Origin: Eubacteriales bacterium
GTDB taxonomy: Bacteria > Bacillota > Clostridia > Oscillospirales > UBA644
DNA length: 64,000 nt
Direction: 5' to 3'
NCBI GenBank assembly: GCA_045542755.1
Contig: JAZQLP010000117.1
Location: 9,160-73,159 of the forward strand
Shown: positions 27,393-35,915 of the stretch, piece by piece
Layout: the number at the start of each line of letters is the position of its first letter
How positions within the stretch are numbered: the first letter of the stretch is position 1
Notes under the pieces: model-generated
Seen by the model: only the letters and a program-made list of their open reading frames with translations
Told to the model about the DNA's origin: nothing
Database searches by the model: none
Position numbers and translations under genes: made by a program

Positions 27393-27824
27393 TTATTCTT
27401 CAGTTTCTACAGAAGCTTCTTCGTTCTTCTTGGGGATGAATTCCTTTATCTTCTCGATAAGACCGGGAACACCGTCGATGATCTTATCAAAAGCGGAGTA
27501 GGAAGGCTGGTCGATAGGAAGAAGGGATACGCCGTTTTTGGGAGAAACAACCAAGAAGGCGATGGGGTTGATTGTAATACCTGCACCGCTTCCGCCGCCG
27601 AAGCAGAGATTGCCGTCAGGCTTGTTGGGGGACTGATGAGCCTTGGTTGCAAAATCAGAGCCGCCGGAGGCAAAGCCAAAGCCAACCTTGGAAACGGGAA
27701 CGATAACGGTACCGTCAGCGCAGTTTATGGGATCGCCGATAATGGTATTAACGTCTACCATATCCTTAATATTGGTCATAGCGGTTTCCATTACGCCCTG
27801 GAGAGGATGATTCTTTTCAGACAT
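27393..27824 (-). CDS. ytfJ: Sporulation protein YtfJ (GerW family)
   Basis: The sequence D.NTIIGDPI....GT.I.PVSKV.FGF..GG is characteristic of GerW/YtfJ. Confidence 0.85.
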   Translation of the reverse strand: MSEKNHPLQGVMETAMTNIKDMVDVNTIIGDPINCADGTVIVPVSKVGFGFASGGSDFATKAHQSPNKPDGNLCFGGGSGAGITINPIAFLVVSPKNGVSLLPIDQPSYSAFDKIIDGVPGLIEKIKEFIPKKNEEASVETEE

Positions 27825-27841
27825 TTTCAGATACTCCTTTA

Positions 27842-28480
27842 TTATGATATTTTTTTCTTCATTATTTTTAAGACTACTTTAATAGCCCAGGAAAACAGAT
27901 GTATAATACGCAAGCTGACGTCCACGTCGGCCAAGACCTCGGTTTCCTCCTTGAGAAAATCGGGGGAAATATTGACCCGTCCGTCCTTTATTTTACCCGC
28001 GGCATCCAATCTGCCCAGCAAAGGGAACACTGCGGCGGTAAGCTGCCCGTATCTTTGGGCGGTAAGGTCGGCGGAAGGGGTGCCCACAGAAATACGGAGA
28101 TGAAGCTTTTCAAACATTACCCTGCGGATAAACCCCTCGTGGAACATTTGAATAAAATCTATATAGTCGGGCAGGGTCAAAGCCTTAACTCTTTCAGTAA
28201 CAGAGGCCAAAACGCCGCCTTTTTTTTCGGAAGAAGATTTCTCTTTTTCGGGCTTCTCCTTTTCCTTATCCGGTTTTTTCTCCTTTTTCTCTCGGGGTGG
28301 GAGAGGATAGAGTCTTTTTTCAAAGAAAAGATGAGATACCCACAGCTCCTTTTCTTGGGGAGCTATTTTTACTTTTATCCTTGTCTTTGCGCTGCATAAA
28401 AGAAATAGGGAAAGTATGAGAATCAGGGGAACGGCAAGGATACAAAGTAAAACTATACCTATGATTCCCAATATTTTCAT
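27842..28480 (-). CDS. DUF2953-like protein (YtfI-like), N-terminal TM
   Basis: It sits immediately upstream of ytfJ, as in Bacillus ytfI-ytfJ. It has a TM anchor followed by a Lys/Glu-rich linker. Confidence 0.6.
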   Translation of the reverse strand: MKILGIIGIVLLCILAVPLILILSLFLLCSAKTRIKVKIAPQEKELWVSHLFFEKRLYPLPPREKKEKKPDKEKEKPEKEKSSSEKKGGVLASVTERVKALTLPDYIDFIQMFHEGFIRRVMFEKLHLRISVGTPSADLTAQRYGQLTAAVFPLLGRLDAAGKIKDGRVNISPDFLKEETEVLADVDVSLRIIHLFSWAIKVVLKIMKKKIS

Positions 28481-29082
28481 TCTGCGCTTTCCTCCGCCTG
28501 TGCCCCTTCTTCGGGAACGGATACCGTCTGCTCGTTAGGGTCAAAGAGTCTTTCCACTCCGGGGTCAAACTCCTCGGGTACGGGAAGACTGTCAAGGGAA
28601 TCGAGATTAAAGACGGTAAGGAACTTCTCGGTGGTAACGTAACCCATGGGACGCCCCGGCAGGTCTATTCTGCCGCTTTCACGCAAAAGGCCCTTTTCAA
28701 CCAGAGATTCAACGACCTCGGAAGAAGCGATACCTCTTATCTGAGAAATATAGGTCTTTGTTACAGGCTGATTATAGGCGGCTATGGCCAATACCTCGTA
28801 AGCGGCGTTGGAAAGAACGCCAAATCTTCTTGTCTGAAGGAAGTATGCAACCGCCTCCCCAAGCATGGGCTTTGTGGTTATGGTAAGACTGCCTTCCTTA
28901 TTAATAAGACAAAGGCCGCTGTTTTCTCTTTCGTATCTTGAAGATAGGGTCTCAACGCTTGCAAGAACCTCTTCCTCGGAGCACTCCATAAACTCGGCAA
29001 GCTTTGCCACCGTAACGTAAGAAGGAGATGCGAACAGACAGGCCTCAAGAAGGGCCGTTCTGTTGTAGTTTGATATATCCAT
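28477..29082 (-). CDS. scpB: Segregation and condensation protein B
   Basis: LEA.LF....P.....L motif and tandem winged-helix sequence. It overlaps the downstream gene by 4 nt and follows scpA. Confidence 0.9.
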   Translation of the reverse strand: MDISNYNRTALLEACLFASPSYVTVAKLAEFMECSEEEVLASVETLSSRYERENSGLCLINKEGSLTITTKPMLGEAVAYFLQTRRFGVLSNAAYEVLAIAAYNQPVTKTYISQIRGIASSEVVESLVEKGLLRESGRIDLPGRPMGYVTTEKFLTVFNLDSLDSLPVPEEFDPGVERLFDPNEQTVSVPEEGAQAEESAE

Positions 29083-29085
29083 ATT

Positions 29086-29814
29086 TTAATCCTTCTTTCC
29101 TACGAATACTATTTCGGGGTCTTCTCCGGTAACCGAATCCCCCTGTATATCTACTCGCCCGTGTCTGATAAGCTCAAGGAGGGCAAGGAATGTGGCAACT
29201 ATACCGGAACGGCCGTCGTCGGCGTTGAAAAGGGAACGAAGGCGGGCTGTACCCCTTCTCATGAGTCTCTTCATTATAAATATAACCTTTGAGGGAACGG
29301 AAACGAACTTGGTGCCAACCAATTTCTTAAAGGCGGATACGGGCACCGGCTTTTTGCGGTCGTTTCTTTCTATAATGCGGAGATACGCCTCGTTAAGCCT
29401 GTCCACAGAAGAAGAATACTCGGGGGAAAGAACGGGCAATCCCTCGGGCTCACTCTGTCGGGCAAACAAAAGGTGGCCGATATATCCCTCTTTCATCTTT
29501 GCCGCCAGCTTTTTGTACTTGGCGTACTCAATAAGCATAGCCTCCAGGGCCTCCTTGGGATCCTCTTCGGGCTCGTCGGAGGGAAGGAGTGAGCAGGATT
29601 TAATGTAGAGCAGATGACTGGCCATTTCAAGGAAGTTCGCCGTCAGCTCGGTATTCTGCTCCTGCGCCGCCTCGATATAGGCTATGTACTGCTGGGTGAG
29701 CAGGGATATTTCAATATCGTAAATATCAAGTTTGTGCTTTTCTATAAGGGAGAGGAGGAGGTCAAGAGGCCCCTCAAAAGTCTCAAGCTTATAGGTGGGT
29801 TTTGCAATTATCAT
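29086..29814 (-). CDS. scpA: Segregation and condensation protein A
   Basis: The N-terminus FEGPLDLLL.LI.K.K.DIYDI is typical of ScpA kleisin. Confidence 0.9.
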   Translation of the reverse strand: MIIAKPTYKLETFEGPLDLLLSLIEKHKLDIYDIEISLLTQQYIAYIEAAQEQNTELTANFLEMASHLLYIKSCSLLPSDEPEEDPKEALEAMLIEYAKYKKLAAKMKEGYIGHLLFARQSEPEGLPVLSPEYSSSVDRLNEAYLRIIERNDRKKPVPVSAFKKLVGTKFVSVPSKVIFIMKRLMRRGTARLRSLFNADDGRSGIVATFLALLELIRHGRVDIQGDSVTGEDPEIVFVGKKD

Positions 29815-29820
29815 TTTACC

Positions 29821-30504
29821 TCACATAAACAGATAGAAAATAATGCTAAGAGCTCCTCCGGAAAAGATACTAACCAGCCACATAATTACGGGACTGATAA
29901 AATCCAAATACTCAAGAGCCACAATTAAACCGATAAAGATAAAGGTAGAGTAACGTTCAATGGAATAATACTTAAATCGCCATTTCATGGGCAGAAGTTC
30001 GCCCACTATCTTTGAGCCGTCAAGGGGAGGCAGAGGGATGAGATTAAATACGCCAAGACCAATGGACACACTGGAAAGAATGGAAAGAAGAAGGGTAAGA
30101 TTCTCCCCCACGTTTCCCATAGTCGACCCCCAAAGAACAACTATTAGGTAGTAGAAGAATATAGCGATAAAACCTATAATAAAGTTCATCAAGGGTCCTG
30201 CGGCAGAGGTAAGGATAATACCTAAACGAACCTTTTTAAAGTTTCTGGCGCGAATAGGCACGGGCTTTGCCCAACCAAATCCAAAAAGAAGCATACATAC
30301 CGCCCCAATGGGGTCAAGGTGCTTAAGAGGATTAAGGGAAAGACGTCCCATATTCTTTGCCGTACTGTCTCCCATCCAATAGGCCACAATACCGTGAGCC
30401 CACTCATGTGCGGAAAGAACGAAAAGAACGGCGGCCACGCCGAAAACGATATACATTATCTTATCGGCAAAGGGCATGGGGGATGTAAGATATCGAAGTA
30501 TCAT
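29821..30504 (-). CDS. Site-2 protease family (peptidase M50) membrane metalloprotease
   Basis: HEWAH (HExxH) in the first TM region and NLIPLPPLDG (the third zinc-ligand motif). Confidence 0.85.
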   Translation of the reverse strand: MILRYLTSPMPFADKIMYIVFGVAAVLFVLSAHEWAHGIVAYWMGDSTAKNMGRLSLNPLKHLDPIGAVCMLLFGFGWAKPVPIRARNFKKVRLGIILTSAAGPLMNFIIGFIAIFFYYLIVVLWGSTMGNVGENLTLLLSILSSVSIGLGVFNLIPLPPLDGSKIVGELLPMKWRFKYYSIERYSTFIFIGLIVALEYLDFISPVIMWLVSIFSGGALSIIFYLFM

Positions 30505-30515
30505 AATTTCTCCAA

Positions 30516-31142
30516 TCAGCTAATGAGGTTTCCTAAAAACTCCATGACCTTTTCGATAACGAAGCTGTTTGCCTGGCTTCTTACTATAAGAAGTATCGCA
30601 AGAGTTGCGGTCAGGGGGTAAAACTCAAGGGTTTTTGTCCACAGGGAGGATGCCTTTTCGGGAAGAATCGAGGCTACCATAACTCCACCGCAAAATCCGG
30701 GCAGAGGAAGGATATTCATAATGGAAAAGCATATACCCGCCGTTGCAATTCCCATGGTAAGGGAGCCGAGGAAGGGGGTGCCCGTAAACTTATATACAAA
30801 GAGGAACAGCCAGCTTACAATAAAGCAGAAAAGAGGGCCCGAAAGGGCTACTGCAAAGGATTTGCCACTTGATTCGGAATCGTATTTTGTGGGCTTTGTC
30901 CAGCCTACTCCAAGTAAGGGGAGCGACAGAACTCCAAGCACGGAATAAAGGGAGATGTTTTTAAGGGGATTGTAGCTTACACCGAAATCGGCACCCTTTA
31001 CCTTAAAAAGACTGCAGCCTATTGCGTGCCCCAAATAGGTAAGGAGCCACGCCACTATCGCACCTACCAAATAAAAAGGCAACGCGGAAAAAAGTCCCGC
31101 CCTATCAGAGAGTATGTTGTCAAGATAATAAGAATATACCAT
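30516..31142 (-). CDS. M50-like membrane protein with degenerate catalytic motifs (probable pseudo-protease)
   Basis: Length and topology match the neighbour, and the sequence aligns with it by eye (NPLK..., GVGWTKP vs GFGWAKP, NILPLPG vs NLIPLPP). However, HExxH is replaced by YLGHA and the LDG Asp by FCGG. Confidence 0.7.
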   Translation of the reverse strand: MVYSYYLDNILSDRAGLFSALPFYLVGAIVAWLLTYLGHAIGCSLFKVKGADFGVSYNPLKNISLYSVLGVLSLPLLGVGWTKPTKYDSESSGKSFAVALSGPLFCFIVSWLFLFVYKFTGTPFLGSLTMGIATAGICFSIMNILPLPGFCGGVMVASILPEKASSLWTKTLEFYPLTATLAILLIVRSQANSFVIEKVMEFLGNLIS

Positions 31143-31304
31143 TCCAATACCCTTTCAATATTATTTCACCTTATATTATACAATAAATATAAGTAAATGT
31201 AAAGCCTTTCCTGAAAGAATTTGGATTTATTTTCCCCTTTTCCTTGACATTATGGGAAAATTTGTGGTATACTCTATAAAGAAACCTAAAGGAGGACGGC
31301 CGTT

Positions 31305-32141
31305 ATGCCCCATATCGTTATATCATGCCTTGCGGCCGTTGCCGTATGGGTGCTGATATGGATAAATTACGGCTTTAAAATAAGCCGCCACACCATTGAA
31401 TACGAAAATCTACCGCCCGAATTTGACGGATTCAGAATAGCCCTTGTTTCCGACCTACACGACGCCACGTTTGGGAAGAACAACCGCCGACTTCTGGAGG
31501 CGCTGAAGGCAATAGGACCAGACGCTGTGGCTTTGAGCGGAGATATGCACACCTTCAGCTATAAGGATGAGGATTATCTTTCCTTCCTTGCAGAGCTTTC
31601 CAAGACTATCCCCACCTACAGCGTTGAGGGAAACCACGACTGGCAGAAAATTAAAGAAAAAGACCGAGCTCCCTATATAAACGCTTACCTGGCAACGGGA
31701 GTAAACGACCTTAACGGAAAAGCCCTCACCCTTACCCGAAAGGGACAGTCTATCCGCTTTTACGGAACGGGCTACTCGGAGGATGCCATCGACCACGGCG
31801 AAAAAAGAAGCAATGATTTCAGCATTGCCCTCATTCACGTTCCCGACTGGTTTGATAAAATAAAGGATAAGCCCGACCTTATGCTTTCGGGACACGTTCA
31901 CGGAGGAATCATTCAGATCCCCTTTATAGGAGGCCTTCTTGCTCCCGGATACGGCGCCACCATTCTGGAGAGATTCGGAAGGAAATACTTCTTCCCCAAA
32001 TACTCAAAGGGAGTATATTCCCATGGCGAACACAGATTGGCAGTCAGTGTGGGCCTAGGCAAGGCGTCAATGCAGCCATTCAGATTTTTAAGGCCCGAAA
32101 TCATGCTTATCACCCTAAAATCTGACCAAAAGAGCCAATAA
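31305..32141 (+). CDS. Membrane-anchored metallophosphoesterase (YkuE-like)
   Basis: Contains VSDLHD, GDM, GNHD and GHVHGG metallophosphatase motifs, with an N-terminal TM. Confidence 0.8.
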   Translation: MPHIVISCLAAVAVWVLIWINYGFKISRHTIEYENLPPEFDGFRIALVSDLHDATFGKNNRRLLEALKAIGPDAVALSGDMHTFSYKDEDYLSFLAELSKTIPTYSVEGNHDWQKIKEKDRAPYINAYLATGVNDLNGKALTLTRKGQSIRFYGTGYSEDAIDHGEKRSNDFSIALIHVPDWFDKIKDKPDLMLSGHVHGGIIQIPFIGGLLAPGYGATILERFGRKYFFPKYSKGVYSHGEHRLAVSVGLGKASMQPFRFLRPEIMLITLKSDQKSQ

Positions 32142-32166
32142 TTCAAAAATATGTCACACTCTTCTA

Positions 32167-32195
32167 TTGAAAATCCTTTTCGAATATGATATAAT
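32167..32195 (+). promoter_or_regulatory. Promoter of secG
   Basis: TTGAAA, a 17-nt spacer and TATAAT. Confidence 0.55.
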
Positions 32196-32260
32196 ATTCT
32201 GACAGTGATATTTTTGATTAAAAGTTAAGTCGCAAAAACCCGCGACATGGAGGATTAAAT

Positions 32261-32506
32261 ATGGACACCTTAATTATGATTCTTTCCATCGTTCTCTTTC
32301 TCGTAGCAGCTGCTCTTATTGCAATAGTAGTTGTTCAGACCGACAGAGGCTCCCGTTCCGCAGCTATCAGCGGCAGCAGCAGCTCCGGTTTCTACGGTAA
32401 AAACAAGGGCGCGAGCAAGGAAATGTTCTACAAGAGAGCAACCGTTATCTGCTCCGTTGTATTTATGGTACTTATCGTTATCGTAAACGTACTCGAACTT
32501 ATATAA
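32261..32506 (+). CDS. secG: Preprotein translocase subunit SecG
   Basis: 81 aa with two TM helices separated by a Gly/Ser-rich loop (GSSSSGFYG). Confidence 0.85.
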   Translation: MDTLIMILSIVLFLVAAALIAIVVVQTDRGSRSAAISGSSSSGFYGKNKGASKEMFYKRATVICSVVFMVLIVIVNVLELI

Positions 32507-32515
32507 TTGAACAGA

Positions 32516-32552
32516 AAAGATTAGAGGATGCCGAAAAGGCATCCTCTTTTGT
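32516..32552. terminator. Bidirectional terminator
   Basis: Stem agaggatgcc/ggcatcctct, GAAAA loop and T-run. Confidence 0.85.
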
Positions 32553-32557
32553 TATAC

Positions 32558-33301
32558 TCATTTATTAAGGCTTCGCTGTCTGTATATCTCAAAGGAGAAT
32601 ACAGCCACGGCTCCCGAGGCCGCAAGAGCGTTTCGGAAGTTTCTTCCGTAGGGTATGTAGAGCCGCTTGTCCGCAAGTTCGAGTATCTCCGCAGAGATAC
32701 CCCTCTTCTCCCCTCCTATAAGGAGCAGGACGGGACCGTCGAGCTTTTCCCCGTAAAGAGGAAGGGCATCACGTCTGTCTGCCGCAATAACGGTAATACC
32801 CTTTTCCTTAGCCTTTCTAATAAAGGAAGGAATGTCCTCCGTCACCGCGCAGGAGATATGCTCGGAAGCTCCGGCAGAGGAGCGAAGCACAGTTCCCGCC
32901 GCAGACATCCAGTTTCGGGGAGGAAGTATAAGCCCCGTAGCCCCCGCAGCGTAGAGAGTTCTTACAGAGGAGCCGAAGTTAAAGGGATCCTCTATTCCGT
33001 CAAGAAGAACGATAAAGGGGTTCTCCCCTTCAAGCAAGGAATCCTCGTTCTCGGTTTTCATTTCCCCTACTGCGGCGCCGATGCCCCCGTGGGTAAGGCC
33101 AAAGGTTATCTTATCAAAAAAATCGGCTTCTTTTTTTATAAAAGGTACGTTCTGTTTTTCACAAAGCTTTTTTATGTACCGAAAATCGCTGCTTTTTCCA
33201 ACCTTGCCTTCTTCGGCGTAGACCTCGTATACCTGCCTTTTACCGCACTCAAGGGCGGCTTTTACGGATATGGCACCCGATATGAGGGATTTCTCTTCCA
33301 T
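32558..33301 (-). CDS. TrmH/SpoU-family RNA 2'-O-methyltransferase (RlmB-like)
   Basis: SpoU motifs are present (LDGI.DP.N.GS..RT, L.G.E..G.S, IP......SLN...A). The start is set at MEEKSL. Confidence 0.8.
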   Translation of the reverse strand: MEEKSLISGAISVKAALECGKRQVYEVYAEEGKVGKSSDFRYIKKLCEKQNVPFIKKEADFFDKITFGLTHGGIGAAVGEMKTENEDSLLEGENPFIVLLDGIEDPFNFGSSVRTLYAAGATGLILPPRNWMSAAGTVLRSSAGASEHISCAVTEDIPSFIRKAKEKGITVIAADRRDALPLYGEKLDGPVLLLIGGEKRGISAEILELADKRLYIPYGRNFRNALAASGAVAVFSFEIYRQRSLNK

Positions 33302-33409
33302 AATATATATCAAATCCTTTTTTTATAGTCAGTATATACAGTATATCACATTTTTTTTTGGCTGTCTACCGTGTCACAAACTGTTTACAAATTTTCTTTC
33401 AAAAAAGTA

Positions 33410-33438
33410 TTGACAAATGAATCTTTTTGTGGTAGAAT
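33410..33438 (+). promoter_or_regulatory. Promoter of the tRNA cluster
   Basis: TTGACA, a 17-nt spacer and TAGAAT, 45 nt upstream of tRNA-Val. Confidence 0.6.
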
Positions 33439-33482
33439 ATACGAGCCGATGTGAGAGAGACAAAAATCTCGATCATAGAAAT

Positions 33483-33558
33483 GGGAGTTTAGCTCAGCTG
33501 GGAGAGCATCTGCCTTACAAGCAGGGGGTCACAGGTTCGAGCCCTGTAACTCCCACCA
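33483..33558 (+). tRNA. tRNA-Val (anticodon TAC), CCA encoded
   Basis: A cloverleaf was folded by hand: acceptor gggagtt/aactccc, anticodon loop cTTACAa, T-loop GGTTCGAGC. Confidence 0.95.
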
Positions 33559-33567
33559 CGGCAATTT

Positions 33568-33644
33568 GGCTCGGTAGTTCAGTTGGTTAGAACGCCGCCC
33601 TGTCACGGCGGAGGTCGAGGGTTCGAGTCCCTTCCGAGTCGCCA
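33568..33644 (+). tRNA. tRNA-Asp (anticodon GTC), CCA encoded
   Basis: Acceptor ggctcgg/ccgagtc, anticodon stem ccgcc/ggcgg with loop cTGTCAc. Confidence 0.95.
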
Positions 33645-33650
33645 CTTTTT

Positions 33651-33726
<76 letters not shown>

Positions 33727-33769
33727 AAAACTTCCGGACGGTCAATAGAATTACCCGAGGAAGTCATAT

Positions 33770-33845
33770 GCGGAATTAGCTCATCTGGTAGAGCGCAACC
33801 TTGCCAAGGTTGAGGTAGCGGGTTCGAGCCCCGTATTCCGCTCCA
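33770..33845 (+). tRNA. tRNA-Gly (anticodon GCC), CCA encoded
   Basis: Acceptor gcggaat/attccgc, anticodon stem caacc/ggttg with loop tTGCCAa. Confidence 0.95.
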
Positions 33846-33849
33846 CAAG

Positions 33850-33877
33850 ATCCAAGTCGAAAGGCTTGGATTTTTTC
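33850..33877 (+). terminator. Terminator of the tRNA operon
   Basis: Stem atccaag/cttggat followed by a T6 run. Confidence 0.75.
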
Positions 33878-33909
33878 TTTTATTCAAAAAAGCCATAAGG
33901 CTAAACAAC

Positions 33910-33938
33910 TTGATTTTTATTAAATTTTATGCTATAAT
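33910..33938 (+). promoter_or_regulatory. Promoter of the AT-rich orphan gene
   Basis: TTGATT, a 17-nt spacer and TATAAT, with TG at -15/-14. Confidence 0.55.
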
Positions 33939-33972
33939 CGGTATAGATTATCAAAATGAGGTTCATAATAAT

Positions 33973-34827
33973 ATGCATCGTTCTCGGAGTGCAAACGGAA
34001 AATTTATATTTTCAATCTCTATGGCGCTTGCACTGTATTTTAGCATCTTGCTCAGCAGGGAAAATTATACCACAATATTCATTGCTTTTTCAACCCTCGT
34101 GTGGCATGCTATAGCCAATTTATTTTGTGGTATGCTTGCATCGTACAGATTTAAAAATCCGACAGCTAAATATATTGAGATAAAAAATAAATTTATCCGA
34201 AAGTTATTCGTTCACCCATATTCTTTCAGCAGGGGTGTCTTCATAGATAGCGCCGATCAAAGAACAAACATCATCGGACTTATATTAAACATTACAAATG
34301 TATTAATGTTCGTTTCCTTTGAGTTTTTACTTCTCTTACCCAAGATTCCTTGCGACAGTTATATTTTTGAACTGGTTTTCCCAAGAAGTAGTTACGGCGG
34401 AAGAACGAGGAGCATTGACATTGAGCTCAATTCTTTAAATGAGGTCATACCTGCTGAAACCTCAAGAACCTTTGCGTTAGTGATGGTACTAATTGTTTTT
34501 ATTTTTCTTATTTTATCTATCCCAAAGAAAAAGAAGAATCAAAAGAGAAAGACGAAAAACAATATAAGGGCAACGAAAAGAGCACTGGAAAATTTTGAGT
34601 TATATCATCAGTTATCTACATCCCTTATTGACATTGCTGTCCGCACAAATAATAAAAAGCGTAAGTTTTGGTACAAACCCGATCAACTTGATACAATTGA
34701 AGATTTGGTACGTTCCACCACTGAAAACATTGAATTGAAACTTGAAAGAAAGGGCAATAAACTTGTTTCCTTTGAAGTGATTGACAAGATGAATAACCGT
34801 GTGATATTTACAGGATTATTTATATAA
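33973..34827 (+). CDS. Hypothetical membrane protein (~4 TM plus a ~90-aa Lys-rich/soluble C-terminus), AT-rich orphan
   Basis: The ATG at 33973 lies downstream of the promoter, so the ORF-track start at 33910 falls inside the -35 box. Sampled 60-nt lines are 25-43% GC, against ~47-55% in the flanks. No family was recognised. Confidence 0.6.
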   Translation: MHRSRSANGKFIFSISMALALYFSILLSRENYTTIFIAFSTLVWHAIANLFCGMLASYRFKNPTAKYIEIKNKFIRKLFVHPYSFSRGVFIDSADQRTNIIGLILNITNVLMFVSFEFLLLLPKIPCDSYIFELVFPRSSYGGRTRSIDIELNSLNEVIPAETSRTFALVMVLIVFIFLILSIPKKKKNQKRKTKNNIRATKRALENFELYHQLSTSLIDIAVRTNNKKRKFWYKPDQLDTIEDLVRSTTENIELKLERKGNKLVSFEVIDKMNNRVIFTGLFI

Positions 34828-34875
34828 AATAATGGTTCAAAATTATCAGATACAATATCATTTTAAATAGTTCTC

Positions 34876-34924
34876 AAAAAAAAGCAAAGCACGCATCACC
34901 TTTTGGTGATGCGTGCTTTTATTA
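34876..34924. terminator. Bidirectional terminator
   Basis: 15-bp stem aaagcacgcatcacc/ggtgatgcgtgcttt flanked by an A-run and a T-run. Confidence 0.85.
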
Positions 34925-35797
34925 TTTGTTTTTCTTAAACGTAGGTATAGCCAAACTCAAAACCGAAACAAAGGCCGCAGACTTTAACCAATCCAAAACG
35001 GTTGAAAGGGTATAATAAATCCCGCTGAGCATCAAAAATCTCTGATGATCGGAGTCCCCTACCGTCAGATCCGTGTCCGAATAAAGGATGCCGTGCATAA
35101 ACTCCCCAAAGAAATAGGAAATAATATGCAGACAGATAATGGCTCCTACACAAATAAAGAACCACACCATAGCCCTTTTCTTATTCTTTATTTCATATTT
35201 GCAGAATGACAGCACAGTAAAGACAGTCAGCGCCAGATATACAAGCCATCTTACCCCGGCCACCACAGTTTGGGCAGTAAGCCCTGTGTATATCAGATAG
35301 GTAAAAAATGCTGCCGACCCCGCACCCGTAGCAAAGGAAAGATAGGCGTCGATAATAATATACAGCGCCCATGAACACCAAAGCAAGGGGCGTTTACGGG
35401 ATACGATACAGATAATTCCGCAGCAGATAAAGGGCGCGGACACAATAAGTCCCGTCAAGAGCCCGCCAAAGCCCGTAAAAAGCAAAAATGCAAGTCCGCC
35501 AAGAATCATAAGAATTATTACGGCGGCCATTCTGCCGGAGGACAGTCCGTTCATTGACCAAGTTGTGGGCTGTGATTTTGCACCTTCTTCAGAGGCAACA
35601 GCATCTCCCTTTATAAGATCGTCGAGGGTAATGCCGAAAACCTCGCTCATGCCCACAAGCTTATCAAGGTCGGGCACCGAAGCATCTGTTTCCCATTTTG
35701 AAACCGACTGACGGGAAACGTCAAGCCTTTCTGCAAGGTCTCCCTGGGAAAGATTATTCTTCTTTCGAAGATTATATATGTTTTGTCCAAGAGTCAT
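34922..35797 (-). CDS. XRE-family HTH transcriptional regulator fused to a ~6-TM membrane domain
   Basis: The N-terminal IYNLRKKNNLSQGDLAERLDVSRQSVSKWE is a canonical HTH_3. The remainder is hydrophobic. Confidence 0.8.
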   Translation of the reverse strand: MTLGQNIYNLRKKNNLSQGDLAERLDVSRQSVSKWETDASVPDLDKLVGMSEVFGITLDDLIKGDAVASEEGAKSQPTTWSMNGLSSGRMAAVIILMILGGLAFLLFTGFGGLLTGLIVSAPFICCGIICIVSRKRPLLWCSWALYIIIDAYLSFATGAGSAAFFTYLIYTGLTAQTVVAGVRWLVYLALTVFTVLSFCKYEIKNKKRAMVWFFICVGAIICLHIISYFFGEFMHGILYSDTDLTVGDSDHQRFLMLSGIYYTLSTVLDWLKSAAFVSVLSLAIPTFKKNK

Positions 35798-35915
35798 ACA
35801 GCAAATCTCCTTTCACAAGAAGTATACCCTAACATAGGGACAGGAGTCAACCAATTCGCCTTTAAACTTTAGCAACCAACGGTTGCATCTTTATTTTTAG
35901 GGATAAAAAAGGATA

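Noticed and set aside
32528-33328. 266-aa ORF antisense to the TrmH-family gene
   Set aside because: The minus-strand product has SpoU motifs. The plus-strand ORF begins inside the secG terminator.
33846-34925. att-type direct repeat of the tRNA-Gly 3' end, or an integrase, marking a genomic island
   Set aside because: I found no copy of the tRNA-Gly 3' segment downstream of the AT-rich gene, and no recombinase ORF. The islet call therefore rests only on composition and position.
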